Origin: a bacterium
GTDB lineage: Bacteria; SAR324; NAC60-12
Assembly (NCBI GenBank): GCA_965209155.1
Contig: OZ242383.1
Coordinates: 1,344,001 to 1,408,000 of the forward strand
Direction: 5' to 3'
DNA: 64,000 bases
Made by a program: the position numbers and the translations under genes. Of the stretch, positions 24,521 through 34,814 are shown in pieces (positions within the stretch are counted from its first letter, which is position 1; each line of letters starts with the position of its first letter). The notes beneath the pieces were generated by a model. That model saw only the letters and a program-made list of their open reading frames with translations, did no database searches and was not told the origin of the DNA.

Positions 24521-25474
24521 TTAAAAGTATCGTTGCTCTCCACGCAACAGGGTGAAACGCAAAATAGTCAAAATCATAATCACCAAGAAAAGCAAGACGC
24601 CAATGGCTGCGGCCATACCTTGTTCATAGCGGGTAAAGCCGATGTGGAAGATAAAATATACAACCGAGGTCGAGTAATCGCTGGGGCCCCCCTGCGTGAT
24701 GATATGGATGAGACTGAAAACCCGCATCGCTTCGATGAGGGTGATGGTGATCACTAAAGTAGAGGCGGGAAGTAACAAGGGAAAGGTGATCCGCCAGAAG
24801 ACTTGCCAGGAATTCGCGCCATCAATGCGAGCGGCTTCAACCAATTCATTGGGAATGCTTTGCAGCGCGGCAAGAAAGATCACCATTCCAAATCCCGCCT
24901 GCCACCATGTAGTGATGAAGGCGACCACCGGTAAAACCAGGTTCGGCTCCTTCAACCAGGCGATCCGACTGGGCAGACCCACCATACCCATTCCCACGTT
25001 GACCAGGCCAAATTGCGTTTGAAACATCCAATTCCAGATGATGGCCACCAGGGTCGCTGCCAGGACATAAGGTGCGAAGAATACCAAACGCGAAAAAGTA
25101 TGAGTGGGTAACTTTCGGTTGACATAGACCGCCATGAACAAAGCGAAAAAAAATGCCATGGGGACCACGATGAGGGAGTACTGGAGGGTGACGATGAAAG
25201 CGCGGCCGACTTCGGAACTGGTAAATGCATTGATGTAATTATCGAAGCCAATAAACTTGGGGGGGCGTGGTCCGATTTTAGCGTTCGTGAAACTGGTCAG
25301 AATGCCGAGTAAAAACGGATAAATTCTGAAGATAATGAAGATGATCAAGAAGGGAATGACAAAGGTATATGCCGCAGGATTGAGTCGCTTCAAGGCAACC
25401 ACCCACCAGGGTTTTGTGGAAAATTGCCGTGCAGCCATTCTATTGGGAGGCGTGATCGCTTTATAAGCAGGCAT
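24521..25474 (-). CDS. carbohydrate ABC transporter permease (MalF/UgpA-like)
   Basis: FIGFDNY, LAALQSIPNELVEAARIDGA, ITFPLL, TQGGP. Confidence 0.93.
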   Translation of the reverse strand: MPAYKAITPPNRMAARQFSTKPWWVVALKRLNPAAYTFVIPFLIIFIIFRIYPFLLGILTSFTNAKIGPRPPKFIGFDNYINAFTSSEVGRAFIVTLQYSLIVVPMAFFFALFMAVYVNRKLPTHTFSRLVFFAPYVLAATLVAIIWNWMFQTQFGLVNVGMGMVGLPSRIAWLKEPNLVLPVVAFITTWWQAGFGMVIFLAALQSIPNELVEAARIDGANSWQVFWRITFPLLLPASTLVITITLIEAMRVFSLIHIITQGGPSDYSTSVVYFIFHIGFTRYEQGMAAAIGVLLFLVIMILTILRFTLLRGEQRYF

Positions 25475-25574
25475 TTTGTTTCTCCCAATACGGGTTTTCG
25501 TCGATCTCCAAGGTGGGGGTGTCAGCCGGGAATTAAAGTGAAGTTAAAGCCAATCTTCGGCTTGTACCTGGCCT

Positions 25575-26480
25575 TCATCGCTCCCAAAACCATGGATGGG
25601 GTTTAGTTTTCAAATTGGGCAGTCGCTCCCAATAGTGGGCAATGGGACTGTCCCGCCACTCTTTTTCCAAAGTTTCCCAGGTGAAGGGTTCTCCCAGAGA
25701 ACTTGCGTGAGGTTTGAACCAATCCTCAGCGATCACATGACTTTCGCCAGTATAGCGAAAATCCACCGAAAGTCTCAAGATATCCGGTGTGAGGTTGGGT
25801 GCTGCAGCATGGATAGTAAGCATTTTGAATAGCAGAATATCCCCGCAGTGGTAGCCAGACTGCACCCATTCCAGTCTGGGATCGACATCGACAGTTCTAC
25901 TTCCGACACCAGGGGCGGGTCTCGGTTTAAGGAATCCTGCTTTGTGGCTACCTTCCAATAATTTGAGACCCCCGACTTCTAATGGTATACCACCCAGCGG
26001 TAGCCAACAGGTGATGGTCTCCACGGAACCGCCCACAAAAATCCAGTCCTGATGGGGATGAGTGGCGCGCTCATTGTCACGGGGAAAGGCGATACGCCCG
26101 ATCGTTTGGGGAAAGGGAATGACGGGCTCCTGGAAGATGGATTCCATGATGCTGATGATATTTTCTTGAAATTTCAACTTATGGAAAGCTTCCAGGGCCT
26201 GGACCCGGGCATACACGGGATGGTACTCCTCATCCTGTTCCATAATAGGGTCGCGATCCGTCAGACCATCCACCAGGTTGCTCCCCGGGCGCAACCAACC
26301 GGCTTCCTGACAAATTTCCAGAATTTGTCGTCTCAGCTGCAAAACCTCATCTTGCAGGAGGATGTTCCTGAGAAATAAATAGCCGTCGTCCCGTAAGCGC
26401 TTACGCAACCTCGAAGGATCGTTAAGAAGACTGTTCGATACTGTGAACGGTTTCACTTTTGCCTCCTTGAGAATTTTCAC
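25575..26480 (-). CDS. phytanoyl-CoA dioxygenase (PhyH) family Fe(II)/2-oxoglutarate oxygenase
   Basis: DGYLFLR, HQD, WLPL, GSHK, GDILLF...H, RLSVDFRY. Confidence 0.88.
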   Translation of the reverse strand: MKILKEAKVKPFTVSNSLLNDPSRLRKRLRDDGYLFLRNILLQDEVLQLRRQILEICQEAGWLRPGSNLVDGLTDRDPIMEQDEEYHPVYARVQALEAFHKLKFQENIISIMESIFQEPVIPFPQTIGRIAFPRDNERATHPHQDWIFVGGSVETITCWLPLGGIPLEVGGLKLLEGSHKAGFLKPRPAPGVGSRTVDVDPRLEWVQSGYHCGDILLFKMLTIHAAAPNLTPDILRLSVDFRYTGESHVIAEDWFKPHASSLGEPFTWETLEKEWRDSPIAHYWERLPNLKTKPHPWFWER

Positions 26481-26537
26481 AAAATTCAGGTTTCGATCCC
26501 TTGCGAAAAAAAGGAGGCCAACTAGAATGAAAACCTT

Positions 26538-27848
26538 CTAGCCGTGAGCTGCCGCCGGTTGTTCGCGCAGGAGGGTGGAGAGATACTCGTCCACCTCATT
26601 CAACCCTTCATCCACACTTTTCGATTTATCCCAAACCTTGTCCAGCATACGAGTGATTGCACTCGAACTACCACCATAGACAGAAAATTCAGCTCCTTTC
26701 GGATGAGAGACATCCCAAAATGCATACTTGCCATTTTCTTCGGAGCCTTTAAAGTATTTCTTATGCGGTGAATTCATATACCCCGAGTAGTTAAGCCCTT
26801 CTTGGGTCACCGGAATTTGTGAAGAAGCCACGCCAAATTCTCCGGCATGCTCGGCGTAATACCTGTAGATCTTGCCGATTGCTTCCTTGACATCATCCGG
26901 ACGTCCATAGGGGAGCACCAGTCCGCTATACTCATACATCACCGCCCGTTGGTCTCCCAATATTGGCATCACGTCGCTATGGAAATTCAGGTTGTTCTGA
27001 GCAAGAGAGCTGCCCACTACCCAGGTACCCGAATAGAACATCGAAGCCTGGCCCGTCAGCCAATAATCGTAGCGTTGAGTGATATTGGGATCCGTGATTT
27101 CCCATTCGTAAAGGGTATTGAGGACGAATTCAGCAGCTTTTCGTCCCGCTTCATTATTGAAATTGGTCTGCTTCCCATCTTGCGTGACGACCGACCCCCC
27201 ATACTGGTAAAGCAACGCTCCCCAGATATTATTGGGCAGAATCCCTGATCTCGGACAGGAAAAGCCAGATTGAATGATATTGCCGCTGCTGTCTCGCAGG
27301 GTCAATTTTTTGGCCCACTCTACAAATTCTTCCAGGTTTTCCGGTTCCCGGTCTGTGGGTAAGCCTGCTTTTTCCAAGTGGTCCAGGTTGTAGAAAAGGA
27401 CCCATGAATTCCAACCGTGAGGCACCGCGTAGAGTTTTCCATTCCAGCGGCAACGGTCCAACGCAAATGGTAAAATCTTGTCGAGAGGATAATTGGCCGC
27501 GGCCAGCATTTCATCCATCGGATCGAGTGCCTCGATGCCCAAAACATACCCTCCCATGTAAGGATAATCGCATTCGTACATATCTGGTAAATCGTTGGCG
27601 CCAAAGGCAGCAACGAACTTGGTTTCCGCATCATTCGTAAAGTTCTCGAAAGTGACATCATACCCGTGTTCTTGCGCAGCGCGTTTACCAAATTCAATCA
27701 GGGGATCCCCGGCAGACGCTCCCAATCCCAACCAAAACCGCATTTGCCGCAAGGCATATGCTTGTTGAGGCGTCAAATTCAGGGCCGCTGCTCCGGCAAT
27801 GGCCAACGACGAATTTCTGATGAATTTTCTTCTTGTGATATTCTTCAT
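26538..27848 (-). CDS. Tat-exported carbohydrate ABC substrate-binding protein (family 1)
   Basis: Twin-arginine signal TRRKFI...AYA; GKLYAVP, LFYN, LEKAGL, GQASMFYSGTW. Confidence 0.9.
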   Translation of the reverse strand: MKNITRRKFIRNSSLAIAGAAALNLTPQQAYALRQMRFWLGLGASAGDPLIEFGKRAAQEHGYDVTFENFTNDAETKFVAAFGANDLPDMYECDYPYMGGYVLGIEALDPMDEMLAAANYPLDKILPFALDRCRWNGKLYAVPHGWNSWVLFYNLDHLEKAGLPTDREPENLEEFVEWAKKLTLRDSSGNIIQSGFSCPRSGILPNNIWGALLYQYGGSVVTQDGKQTNFNNEAGRKAAEFVLNTLYEWEITDPNITQRYDYWLTGQASMFYSGTWVVGSSLAQNNLNFHSDVMPILGDQRAVMYEYSGLVLPYGRPDDVKEAIGKIYRYYAEHAGEFGVASSQIPVTQEGLNYSGYMNSPHKKYFKGSEENGKYAFWDVSHPKGAEFSVYGGSSSAITRMLDKVWDKSKSVDEGLNEVDEYLSTLLREQPAAAHG

Positions 27849-27945
27849 ACAATACTCCTGAAAAATTAATAATTTGTCCCAAATCCACCAATTTGATTTG
27901 AGACCAGAAAAACAATTCAGAAAGCCACTCTTGATCCGGCTTCCT

Positions 27946-28008
27946 GGTGTAAACCTTTAAAGTTTACACCTCTTTTGTGGAAATTTCAAAGCAACAATAA
28001 ATTTCCAC
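27946..28008. promoter_or_regulatory. two perfect inverted repeats upstream of the sugar SBP (candidate operators or hairpins)
   Basis: ggtgtaaac-N7-gtttacacc (27946-27970); gtggaaattt-N12-aaatttccac (27977-28008). Confidence 0.5.
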
Positions 28009-28036
28009 CAAGTCTCATAGCTTCCTTAAAACAATA

Positions 28037-29197
28037 TTATACATTGAATCTTGTACATAAAACATATTGTAGTGGATCGGGAGCGTCGTCCCATTCATGG
28101 TACGAAGCAACGACGGTGCCATCCGGTATTTGAACGACGGAAGGATAACCGATATGTTGATAGACGCCCACATTATGAGGATTCAGAACTCCTGGACGTT
28201 CCTCCCCTACTTTTTCCGGAACCCCCCCTTCTCTGACAAAAAAAGAATTCGCTTCATCCCAGTGGAGCCCGTCTTCGGAGATTACCCCTTTCACGCCATA
28301 AGGGGGTCTTCTGTAGCCATAAATCATCAAATACCTGCCATCCATCAAAGGAATTAATTCTGCAGGGTAACCCCAGATATTCGTCCAGATGGGTGAGGAC
28401 CAACTGAAGCCATTGTCGTCTGAAATGACATAGGCCATGTTTTTGGCATCACCACTGGGGTTGACATGCGTGCGTAAAAAGCAAATCATTCTTCCGTTTT
28501 TCAATTCCAACAGGGCGGGTTCTTCAAAATCAATAATTGAAGCAGCATCGTAGGCGATGGTGGAATAATATTCCCAATTGTAACCACCGTCATCCGAACG
28601 CATCAAAGCGGAGCGAGTCGTTTCTCCTTCTCCTTCTTCTCCATACCCGCGTATCCTGCCATATAGTCCCATTAAAATGGAACCATTGGTCAGTTGCCAG
28701 CATCCCAAACGACAGCCTCCGTGCTTGAGGGGTCTCACGTTGACGGGGATCGGGTCGGACCATGTTTCCCCTTGATCATTTGATTTGAGTACGTAAGTTC
28801 CCAACCACCCCTGCGTTTTATAAGCCCACGTCCAATCACCCCATCTTTCCGACCAGGGTTCCATCTTCCAAGACGGCTGCTCTGCTTTTATTCCCCGTTT
28901 AAAAAATCCGGCAATGGTCAGGTTGACCAACAGCGACCGGTCATTGAGTTCACATATTCCGCAATCCCAGTTTCCTGTGGTCTCCGACCACGGTAAAACG
29001 ATATTTGGAGTGGACCAGGTCACTCCCCCATCTGAGGATTTCGTCATCACGGTTTGTCCACTATCATGATGAAAAGGAAAGCGCTCTTCATTATAGACTG
29101 CCACGATTTCGCCCGTGGACAACACCCGGGTACTGATTTGATTGAGACAATGTTCTTCGTGCGTGGCAATGGTATAGTGCTCTGCTTTAATTTTCAT
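28037..29197 (-). CDS. BNR/Asp-box beta-propeller (sialidase-like) protein, no signal peptide
   Basis: Asp boxes SSDGGVTW, SNDQGETW, SDDGGYNW, SDDNGFSW, SEDGLHW; C-terminal GYPS. Confidence 0.85.
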   Translation of the reverse strand: MKIKAEHYTIATHEEHCLNQISTRVLSTGEIVAVYNEERFPFHHDSGQTVMTKSSDGGVTWSTPNIVLPWSETTGNWDCGICELNDRSLLVNLTIAGFFKRGIKAEQPSWKMEPWSERWGDWTWAYKTQGWLGTYVLKSNDQGETWSDPIPVNVRPLKHGGCRLGCWQLTNGSILMGLYGRIRGYGEEGEGETTRSALMRSDDGGYNWEYYSTIAYDAASIIDFEEPALLELKNGRMICFLRTHVNPSGDAKNMAYVISDDNGFSWSSPIWTNIWGYPAELIPLMDGRYLMIYGYRRPPYGVKGVISEDGLHWDEANSFFVREGGVPEKVGEERPGVLNPHNVGVYQHIGYPSVVQIPDGTVVASYHEWDDAPDPLQYVLCTRFNV

Positions 29198-29540
29198 GAA
29201 TGCTCTCTTGATCCCTGATTGTGAAAGATGCTTCTCTTAACCCGGACTTTTATCAAATATCGATTCCATTGTAAAAAATCAGGTCTTTCCTGGATTTTCA
29301 ATTAAGGTTTCTCCTGATTTCATTCTTTTTGCTCTTTGTCTAGCTTTTTCGAATAAAGTGTTCAACAACCTCATAATAAAGAGGGGGGAGATCCGGTTTT
29401 CGATCCGGCTGCGCACCTCTGGATTCCTGCTTCGGCAGGAATGACAAGGATTCTCTATGATATGAGTGTCCCATAACACATATTGATTTTATTAAATTCT
29501 TATCCCAAATTCAGGTTAAACCCATCATTTATGAATTGTA

Positions 29541-29628
29541 TGGCGGAAAGGGAGGGATTCGAACCCTCGGTACGTAAACGTACACACGATTTCCAGTCGT
29601 GCACCTTCGGCCGCTCGGTCACCTTTCC
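29541..29628 (-). tRNA. tRNA-Ser(GGA), CCA encoded
   Basis: Cloverleaf: acceptor GGAAAGG/CCTTTCC, anticodon arm CACGA-CTGGAAA-TCGTG, long variable arm, T-loop TTCGAAT, 3' GCCA. Confidence 0.97.
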
Positions 29629-29887
29629 CGCAATGTATTCTATGAATTGACACAATCTTGCTTTCATTTTCAATCCGATTGCCTCTTTAACCTGAATTCA
29701 TTCCATATCGTTAAATTTTATATTTCGAGTCACCTGATTTGATGAATATATCAAGGGAAATGACTTCAAGCAATTTAAAAGGGCTTTGGAATGCAGGATT
29801 GCAGGAAAAAGCTTTCGTATTTTCGGATTCAATGCTAGTTTGTTGGCTTATAAATCCGATTATTCTCATACGAATCAGGGTTAACCT

Positions 29888-30892
29888 ATGAATCAACATA
29901 TAGCCATTGTGGGTGCCACCGGTGCGGTGGGTACCGAATTCATGAAGTTATTGGAAAACCGGGATTACCCTTTAAAGAGTCTCAAATTGCTTGCCTCATC
30001 ACGTTCGACGGGTAAAAAACTTCTCTTTCGTGGAGAATCCTTGCCTGTTGAAGAATTGACAGCAGAATCATTCAAAGGGGTGGATTTGGCTTTTTTTTCA
30101 GCCGGCGGGACACGTAGTAAGGAATTTGCTCCTCATGCGGTGGATTCCGGAACCTTGGTCATTGATAATAGCAGTGCCTTCCGTATGCAAGAAGGGGTAC
30201 CACTTGTCGTACCGGAAGTCAACCCGGAAGCCAGTAAAAGCCACCAGGGAATCATTGCCAATCCCAATTGTTCCACCATTCAAATGGTAGTAGCGCTCCA
30301 TCCACTTCATAAAGTGGCAACGATTAAGCGGGTCGTGGTTTCGAGTTATCAGGCAACCTCGGGAGCAGGGGCTGCGGGTATGCAAGAACTGCTTGATCAA
30401 GTAAAAGCCTTCAACCAGGGTCAACCACTCTCCTCCCAGGTTTTTCAAGCCCAAATCGCTTTCAATGTCATTCCTCATATCGGAAATTTCATGGACAATG
30501 GCTATACCGAGGAAGAAATGAAAATGGTTAAGGAAACTCGTAAGATCATGTCGGTACCCGATATGAAGATCAGCGCGACTTGCGTGCGGGTTCCGGTTTT
30601 GCGTTCTCACTCGGAAGCCATCAATATTGAAACCGAAAGCAAGCTCACGGTGGAAGAGGCGAAGACCATTTTTTCCAACACTGCCGGGATCATTGTCAAA
30701 GACACGCAAGAACCCGGAGGTTATCCTTTACCGTGGGACGTGGCAGAAACCTATGACACCTATGTGGGACGGATTCGAGAAGATATTTCCGTACCCAATG
30801 GTCTCGCTTTTTGGGTGGTTGCCGATCAACTTTATAAAGGGGCAGCCTTGAATGCCCTGCAAATCAGTGAGTGGCTCAACTCCCACCACTGA
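29888..30892 (+). CDS. asd: aspartate-semialdehyde dehydrogenase
   Basis: VGATGAVG, IDNSSAFR, IIANPNCST, SATCVRVPV...HSE, KGAALN. Confidence 0.97.
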   Translation: MNQHIAIVGATGAVGTEFMKLLENRDYPLKSLKLLASSRSTGKKLLFRGESLPVEELTAESFKGVDLAFFSAGGTRSKEFAPHAVDSGTLVIDNSSAFRMQEGVPLVVPEVNPEASKSHQGIIANPNCSTIQMVVALHPLHKVATIKRVVVSSYQATSGAGAAGMQELLDQVKAFNQGQPLSSQVFQAQIAFNVIPHIGNFMDNGYTEEEMKMVKETRKIMSVPDMKISATCVRVPVLRSHSEAINIETESKLTVEEAKTIFSNTAGIIVKDTQEPGGYPLPWDVAETYDTYVGRIREDISVPNGLAFWVVADQLYKGAALNALQISEWLNSHH

Positions 30893-30937
30893 CCTAATTT
30901 CCATTCGGCTTGTAATCTGAGCAATATCTTTGTTTCA

Positions 30938-31279
30938 ATGGATGTCAATCTGGTCCGTCAGCTTGCTCTGCAATTCCTGGTACATTCATTTTTATATTAT
31001 GAAATAGGAGAGTCCCTCATTTCGGATCAGCAATATGATGAGATTTGTAGTGAGCTGAAAAAAATTTGCAAATCAACCCCTGAAATTTCAGTTCCTTATT
31101 GGGAAATTGTGAAACAACTGGGAGAAGAAGCATCTGGTTTTTACATAAAGAAATATCCCCTTTCCATTGTCAGTAAAGCAATGCATCTTCTCTACCAGGA
31201 GCATTATGCAAAAAGGATTGATTTTGATGAATTTGTCACACGCTTTGGTTATCGTCGTGAATCATTGACCGAATCATGA
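30938..31279 (+). CDS. small protein resembling the N-terminal domain Ia of NAD+-dependent DNA ligase
   Basis: HSFLYYEIGESLISDQQYDEICSELKKI matches the H..LYY.....ISD..YD....EL pattern. Confidence 0.6.
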   Translation: MDVNLVRQLALQFLVHSFLYYEIGESLISDQQYDEICSELKKICKSTPEISVPYWEIVKQLGEEASGFYIKKYPLSIVSKAMHLLYQEHYAKRIDFDEFVTRFGYRRESLTES

Positions 31280-31408
31280 GGATAGACTATAAAGAATTTC
31301 CTTTCTCTGGAGGGGTGGGCTCCGTAATAATGTGGCGCATCTATTGATTTTCTCTTCAGGAAGATTAACCTCATTTACAATCAATCGAGTTTGGTATTAA
31401 GAGGAACT

Positions 31409-32266
31409 ATGAAAGTCGGCGTGATTGGAGGTAGTGGACTCTATGACTTACCTGGCATATCAGAGGTCAGGGAAGAATCAATCACCACCCCTTTTGGGAA
31501 ACCATCGGACGGGTTCATATGTGGAAAGCTGCATAACACCCCAGTTGTCTTTCTACCTCGCCATGGAAAAGGGCACCGTCTTTTACCAACAGAGATTCCG
31601 TTTCGTGCCAATATCTGGGGGATGAAAAAACTGGGGGTGACCCATCTTATTTCTGTCAGCGCGGTGGGAAGCCTGAAAGAAAAAATTTTTCCCGGACACA
31701 TTGTTTTTCCCGATCAATTCATTGATAGAACCCGACATCGGGATTCTACATTTTTTGGAAATGGAATTGTTGCCCATGTGCAACTGGGGGATCCGGTTTG
31801 CCCTGATTTATTGGCACAAGTGGTTAAAGCCGCAGGATTGGCAGGAGCCGTCTTTCATCGAGGTGGGACCTATGTTTGCATGGAAGGGCCGGCGTTTTCC
31901 ACACGTGCCGAGTCGAATATGTATCGTTCCTGGGGAGCTTCCGTGATTGGCATGACCAACATTCAGGAAGCCAAACTCGCACGAGAAGCGGAGATGTGTT
32001 TTGTGACTATCGCATTGGCAACGGACTATGACTGCTGGTACCAATCCGAAGAAGAGGTAACCGTAGATCAAATCCTGTCAGTGATGCAGGAGAACATCAC
32101 TACTTCAAAAGAAATTCTTTCCCGTACCTTGGAATCATTAACCAATGAACGGGTTTGCAAATGTGGGACCGCCCTGCAATACGGTATTGTCACCCAAAAG
32201 GAATTGATTCCTGATCAAGTAAGAATCGATCTGGACGTCATCATCGGAAAATATATTCGGGGCTAA
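31409..32266 (+). CDS. mtnP: S-methyl-5'-thioadenosine phosphorylase
   Basis: GVIGGSGLY, TPFG, PRHG, SAVGSL, EGPAFSTRAES, IGMT, TDYDCW. Confidence 0.93.
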   Translation: MKVGVIGGSGLYDLPGISEVREESITTPFGKPSDGFICGKLHNTPVVFLPRHGKGHRLLPTEIPFRANIWGMKKLGVTHLISVSAVGSLKEKIFPGHIVFPDQFIDRTRHRDSTFFGNGIVAHVQLGDPVCPDLLAQVVKAAGLAGAVFHRGGTYVCMEGPAFSTRAESNMYRSWGASVIGMTNIQEAKLAREAEMCFVTIALATDYDCWYQSEEEVTVDQILSVMQENITTSKEILSRTLESLTNERVCKCGTALQYGIVTQKELIPDQVRIDLDVIIGKYIRG

Positions 32267-32381
32267 CTGAATACTTTTGGTTGAAATAGTAAAGCCTGAG
32301 TCCCAATACCCGGTTGATCACCCAAACTGCTCCTTTGTCGCAATCGCTCAATGGTACTGATTTCAAGTCTCTGCAGATAGT

Positions 32382-34799
32382 ATGGTTGTTGAGATCGCAT
32401 TCAATTTACCCCTCCGTCAAAACTTCGACTACCTCTGGCCTGAACATTTAAATACTTCTCCACAAAAGGGCATCCGGGTCTTAGCTCCATTTGGCACGCT
32501 GAAAAAAAGTGGTGTGATTGTCAAAATTAAATCATCCTCCGAATTTTCCGATTTGAAAGAGGTGGAGTTGGTATTAGACAGTGAGCCGGTTTTTATTGAA
32601 AAACTGTTGGAATTGACCCGTTGGGTGGCTGAGTATTATTTTTGCAGTTGGGGTGAAGTTTTGAGCTGCGCTATCCCGGGAGGTTTCGGTCTTCGCTTCC
32701 ACACTTCGTATAAACGGTCTATGGAAAGCGATCAATTGAAGGATTTGCAATCACTCGGTTCACCACTTCAGAAACTGATTCAATCTCAACACACCTGGAG
32801 CAGACAAGAATGGTTGAAGGCCGGTGCCACAGAGAAGGATCACCGACAGCTCGATCGTTGGATCAAGGAAAAATCAGTGGAACCTGTTCAGACTTTCGCA
32901 GGCACGAATATAAAATCAAAATTCGAACGTTGGGTACGACTGAAAAAAACTCCCGATATTATTGAGAAAAGAGATATCCGCAAGCAGACCAAAAAGGAAA
33001 AAATTCTATTATTGCTACAAAAACATTCCCCAATATCATTGTCAGAACTGAAAAATCATGTTCCGACACCTGCCCAAGCGGTGAAAAATCTCAAAGAGGA
33101 AGGAATTGTCGAAGTTTTTGAACAACGTGTCTATCGACGGTTTCTGCAAACTCCTGCTCCTCCCCGGGAAACCTTTTTTATGCTCAATGAAGGTCAGGAA
33201 TTGTCCTATCGTCGTATAGAATCTGCCATCGAAGCGGAAATATACCAATCATTTCTCATACATGGCGTCACGGGAAGCGGAAAGACCGAAGTCTACCTGC
33301 ACTGTGTCCGAAAGGCTCTGACGAAAGGGAAACAATCTCTCATCCTGGTACCCGAGATTTCCCTCACCCCTCAACTGGTAGATCGATTCCGAGCTCGTTT
33401 TGGAGACTGCATTGCAGTCCTGCATAGTGGAATGGACGATGTAGAACGATTCGACGAGTGGTACAGGATTCTTCAAGGAGAAGCGTCGATCGTTGTTGGC
33501 GCTCGAAGTGCCGTATTCGCGCCGCTCGACAACATCGGTCTCATTATCGTCGATGAGGAGCATGACACCTCATACAAACAGGAAGAATCTCCTCGATATA
33601 ATGGAAGAGATGTGGCTATATTTCGAGGATACCGTGCCGGAGCGACAGTGGTCTTGGGATCTGCCACACCCTCATTGGAATCTTACCTCAACGTCACTAA
33701 AAAAAAATATCATCTTCTCGCACTTCCTTCTCGCATCCACCAGGTGGAGCTTCCGGAAGTGAAATTAGTAAATTTGAAAAATTGCGTCCGTCAAAAAGGC
33801 AGTTATTTTTTTTCTATTCAAATGGTTGAGGCGCTCCGAATGCGGCTCTTGAAGAAAGAACAAAGCCTGTTGTTTTTGAACCGGCGTGGATTCGCTACTA
33901 TGTTACATTGTACCTTTTGTGAATCAGCGATCACGTGTCCAAATTGCAGTCTTTGTCTGGTATACCATCAAAGTGTGGGTATGCTCCGATGTCACCTCTG
34001 CGATCATACCATGCCTTTGCCTCGATATTGCCCTCATTGTCAAGCAAAGGAGTTGAAAATTCGAGGAGTGGGAACCGAACAAATTGCGTCGGAACTACAA
34101 ACGATGTTTCCCGAAGCGAGAATACTGAGGATGGACCGGGATACGTTGCGTCGTAAATACAGTCTGAGCCAGATGCTGGAACAAATCGGAAGCCGTCAGG
34201 TCGATATTGTGATCGGTACCCAGTTGGTCACTAAAGGACACGACTTCGCCAATATCACATTTGTCGGGGTTATCCTGGCGGACCTGTCCCTCAATTTTCC
34301 CGATTTTCGCGCAGCAGAACGGACGTTTCAGTTGCTGACCCAAGTTGCCGGACGTGCGGGACGCGGTAATAAACCGGGAAAGGTCTTAATTCAGACTTAT
34401 AATCCGTCCCATCATTCCTTGCAATGTACGCAAGATCACGACTTTTCTTACTTTCAGCAAAGGGAATTTCATATCCGTCAGCAATTGAAGGTTCCGCCTT
34501 TTGTGGCAATGGTGTCAGTACGATTCAGCAGCCTGAAAGAAAATCGTGCCCAAGCCCTTGCCAATTCATTTTATCAAAACCTGAGGACTGTCAGTCAAAT
34601 GGAATTTGAGTCTCTGGGGCCCAGCGAAGCTCCTATCAAAAAAATAAACAATCGTTTTCGTTGGATGGTTATCTTAAAAGCACCTCAAGTGAAGCACCTG
34701 CATTTATTGCTGCAATCCGCGCTCCACTTTCCGACGCCTCTCGTACTTCGTAGAGAAGAACGTATCGCCATTGATGTTGATCCTTATAATTTTCAATAA
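32382..34799 (+). CDS. priA: primosomal protein N' (replication restart helicase)
   Basis: GVTGSGKTEVY, VPEISLTPQ, DEEHD, LNRRG, four CxxC, QVAGRAGR, IDVDP. Confidence 0.97.
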   Translation: MVVEIAFNLPLRQNFDYLWPEHLNTSPQKGIRVLAPFGTLKKSGVIVKIKSSSEFSDLKEVELVLDSEPVFIEKLLELTRWVAEYYFCSWGEVLSCAIPGGFGLRFHTSYKRSMESDQLKDLQSLGSPLQKLIQSQHTWSRQEWLKAGATEKDHRQLDRWIKEKSVEPVQTFAGTNIKSKFERWVRLKKTPDIIEKRDIRKQTKKEKILLLLQKHSPISLSELKNHVPTPAQAVKNLKEEGIVEVFEQRVYRRFLQTPAPPRETFFMLNEGQELSYRRIESAIEAEIYQSFLIHGVTGSGKTEVYLHCVRKALTKGKQSLILVPEISLTPQLVDRFRARFGDCIAVLHSGMDDVERFDEWYRILQGEASIVVGARSAVFAPLDNIGLIIVDEEHDTSYKQEESPRYNGRDVAIFRGYRAGATVVLGSATPSLESYLNVTKKKYHLLALPSRIHQVELPEVKLVNLKNCVRQKGSYFFSIQMVEALRMRLLKKEQSLLFLNRRGFATMLHCTFCESAITCPNCSLCLVYHQSVGMLRCHLCDHTMPLPRYCPHCQAKELKIRGVGTEQIASELQTMFPEARILRMDRDTLRRKYSLSQMLEQIGSRQVDIVIGTQLVTKGHDFANITFVGVILADLSLNFPDFRAAERTFQLLTQVAGRAGRGNKPGKVLIQTYNPSHHSLQCTQDHDFSYFQQREFHIRQQLKVPPFVAMVSVRFSSLKENRAQALANSFYQNLRTVSQMEFESLGPSEAPIKKINNRFRWMVILKAPQVKHLHLLLQSALHFPTPLVLRREERIAIDVDPYNFQ

Positions 34800-34814
34800 G
34801 GTATTCAATAGGAA

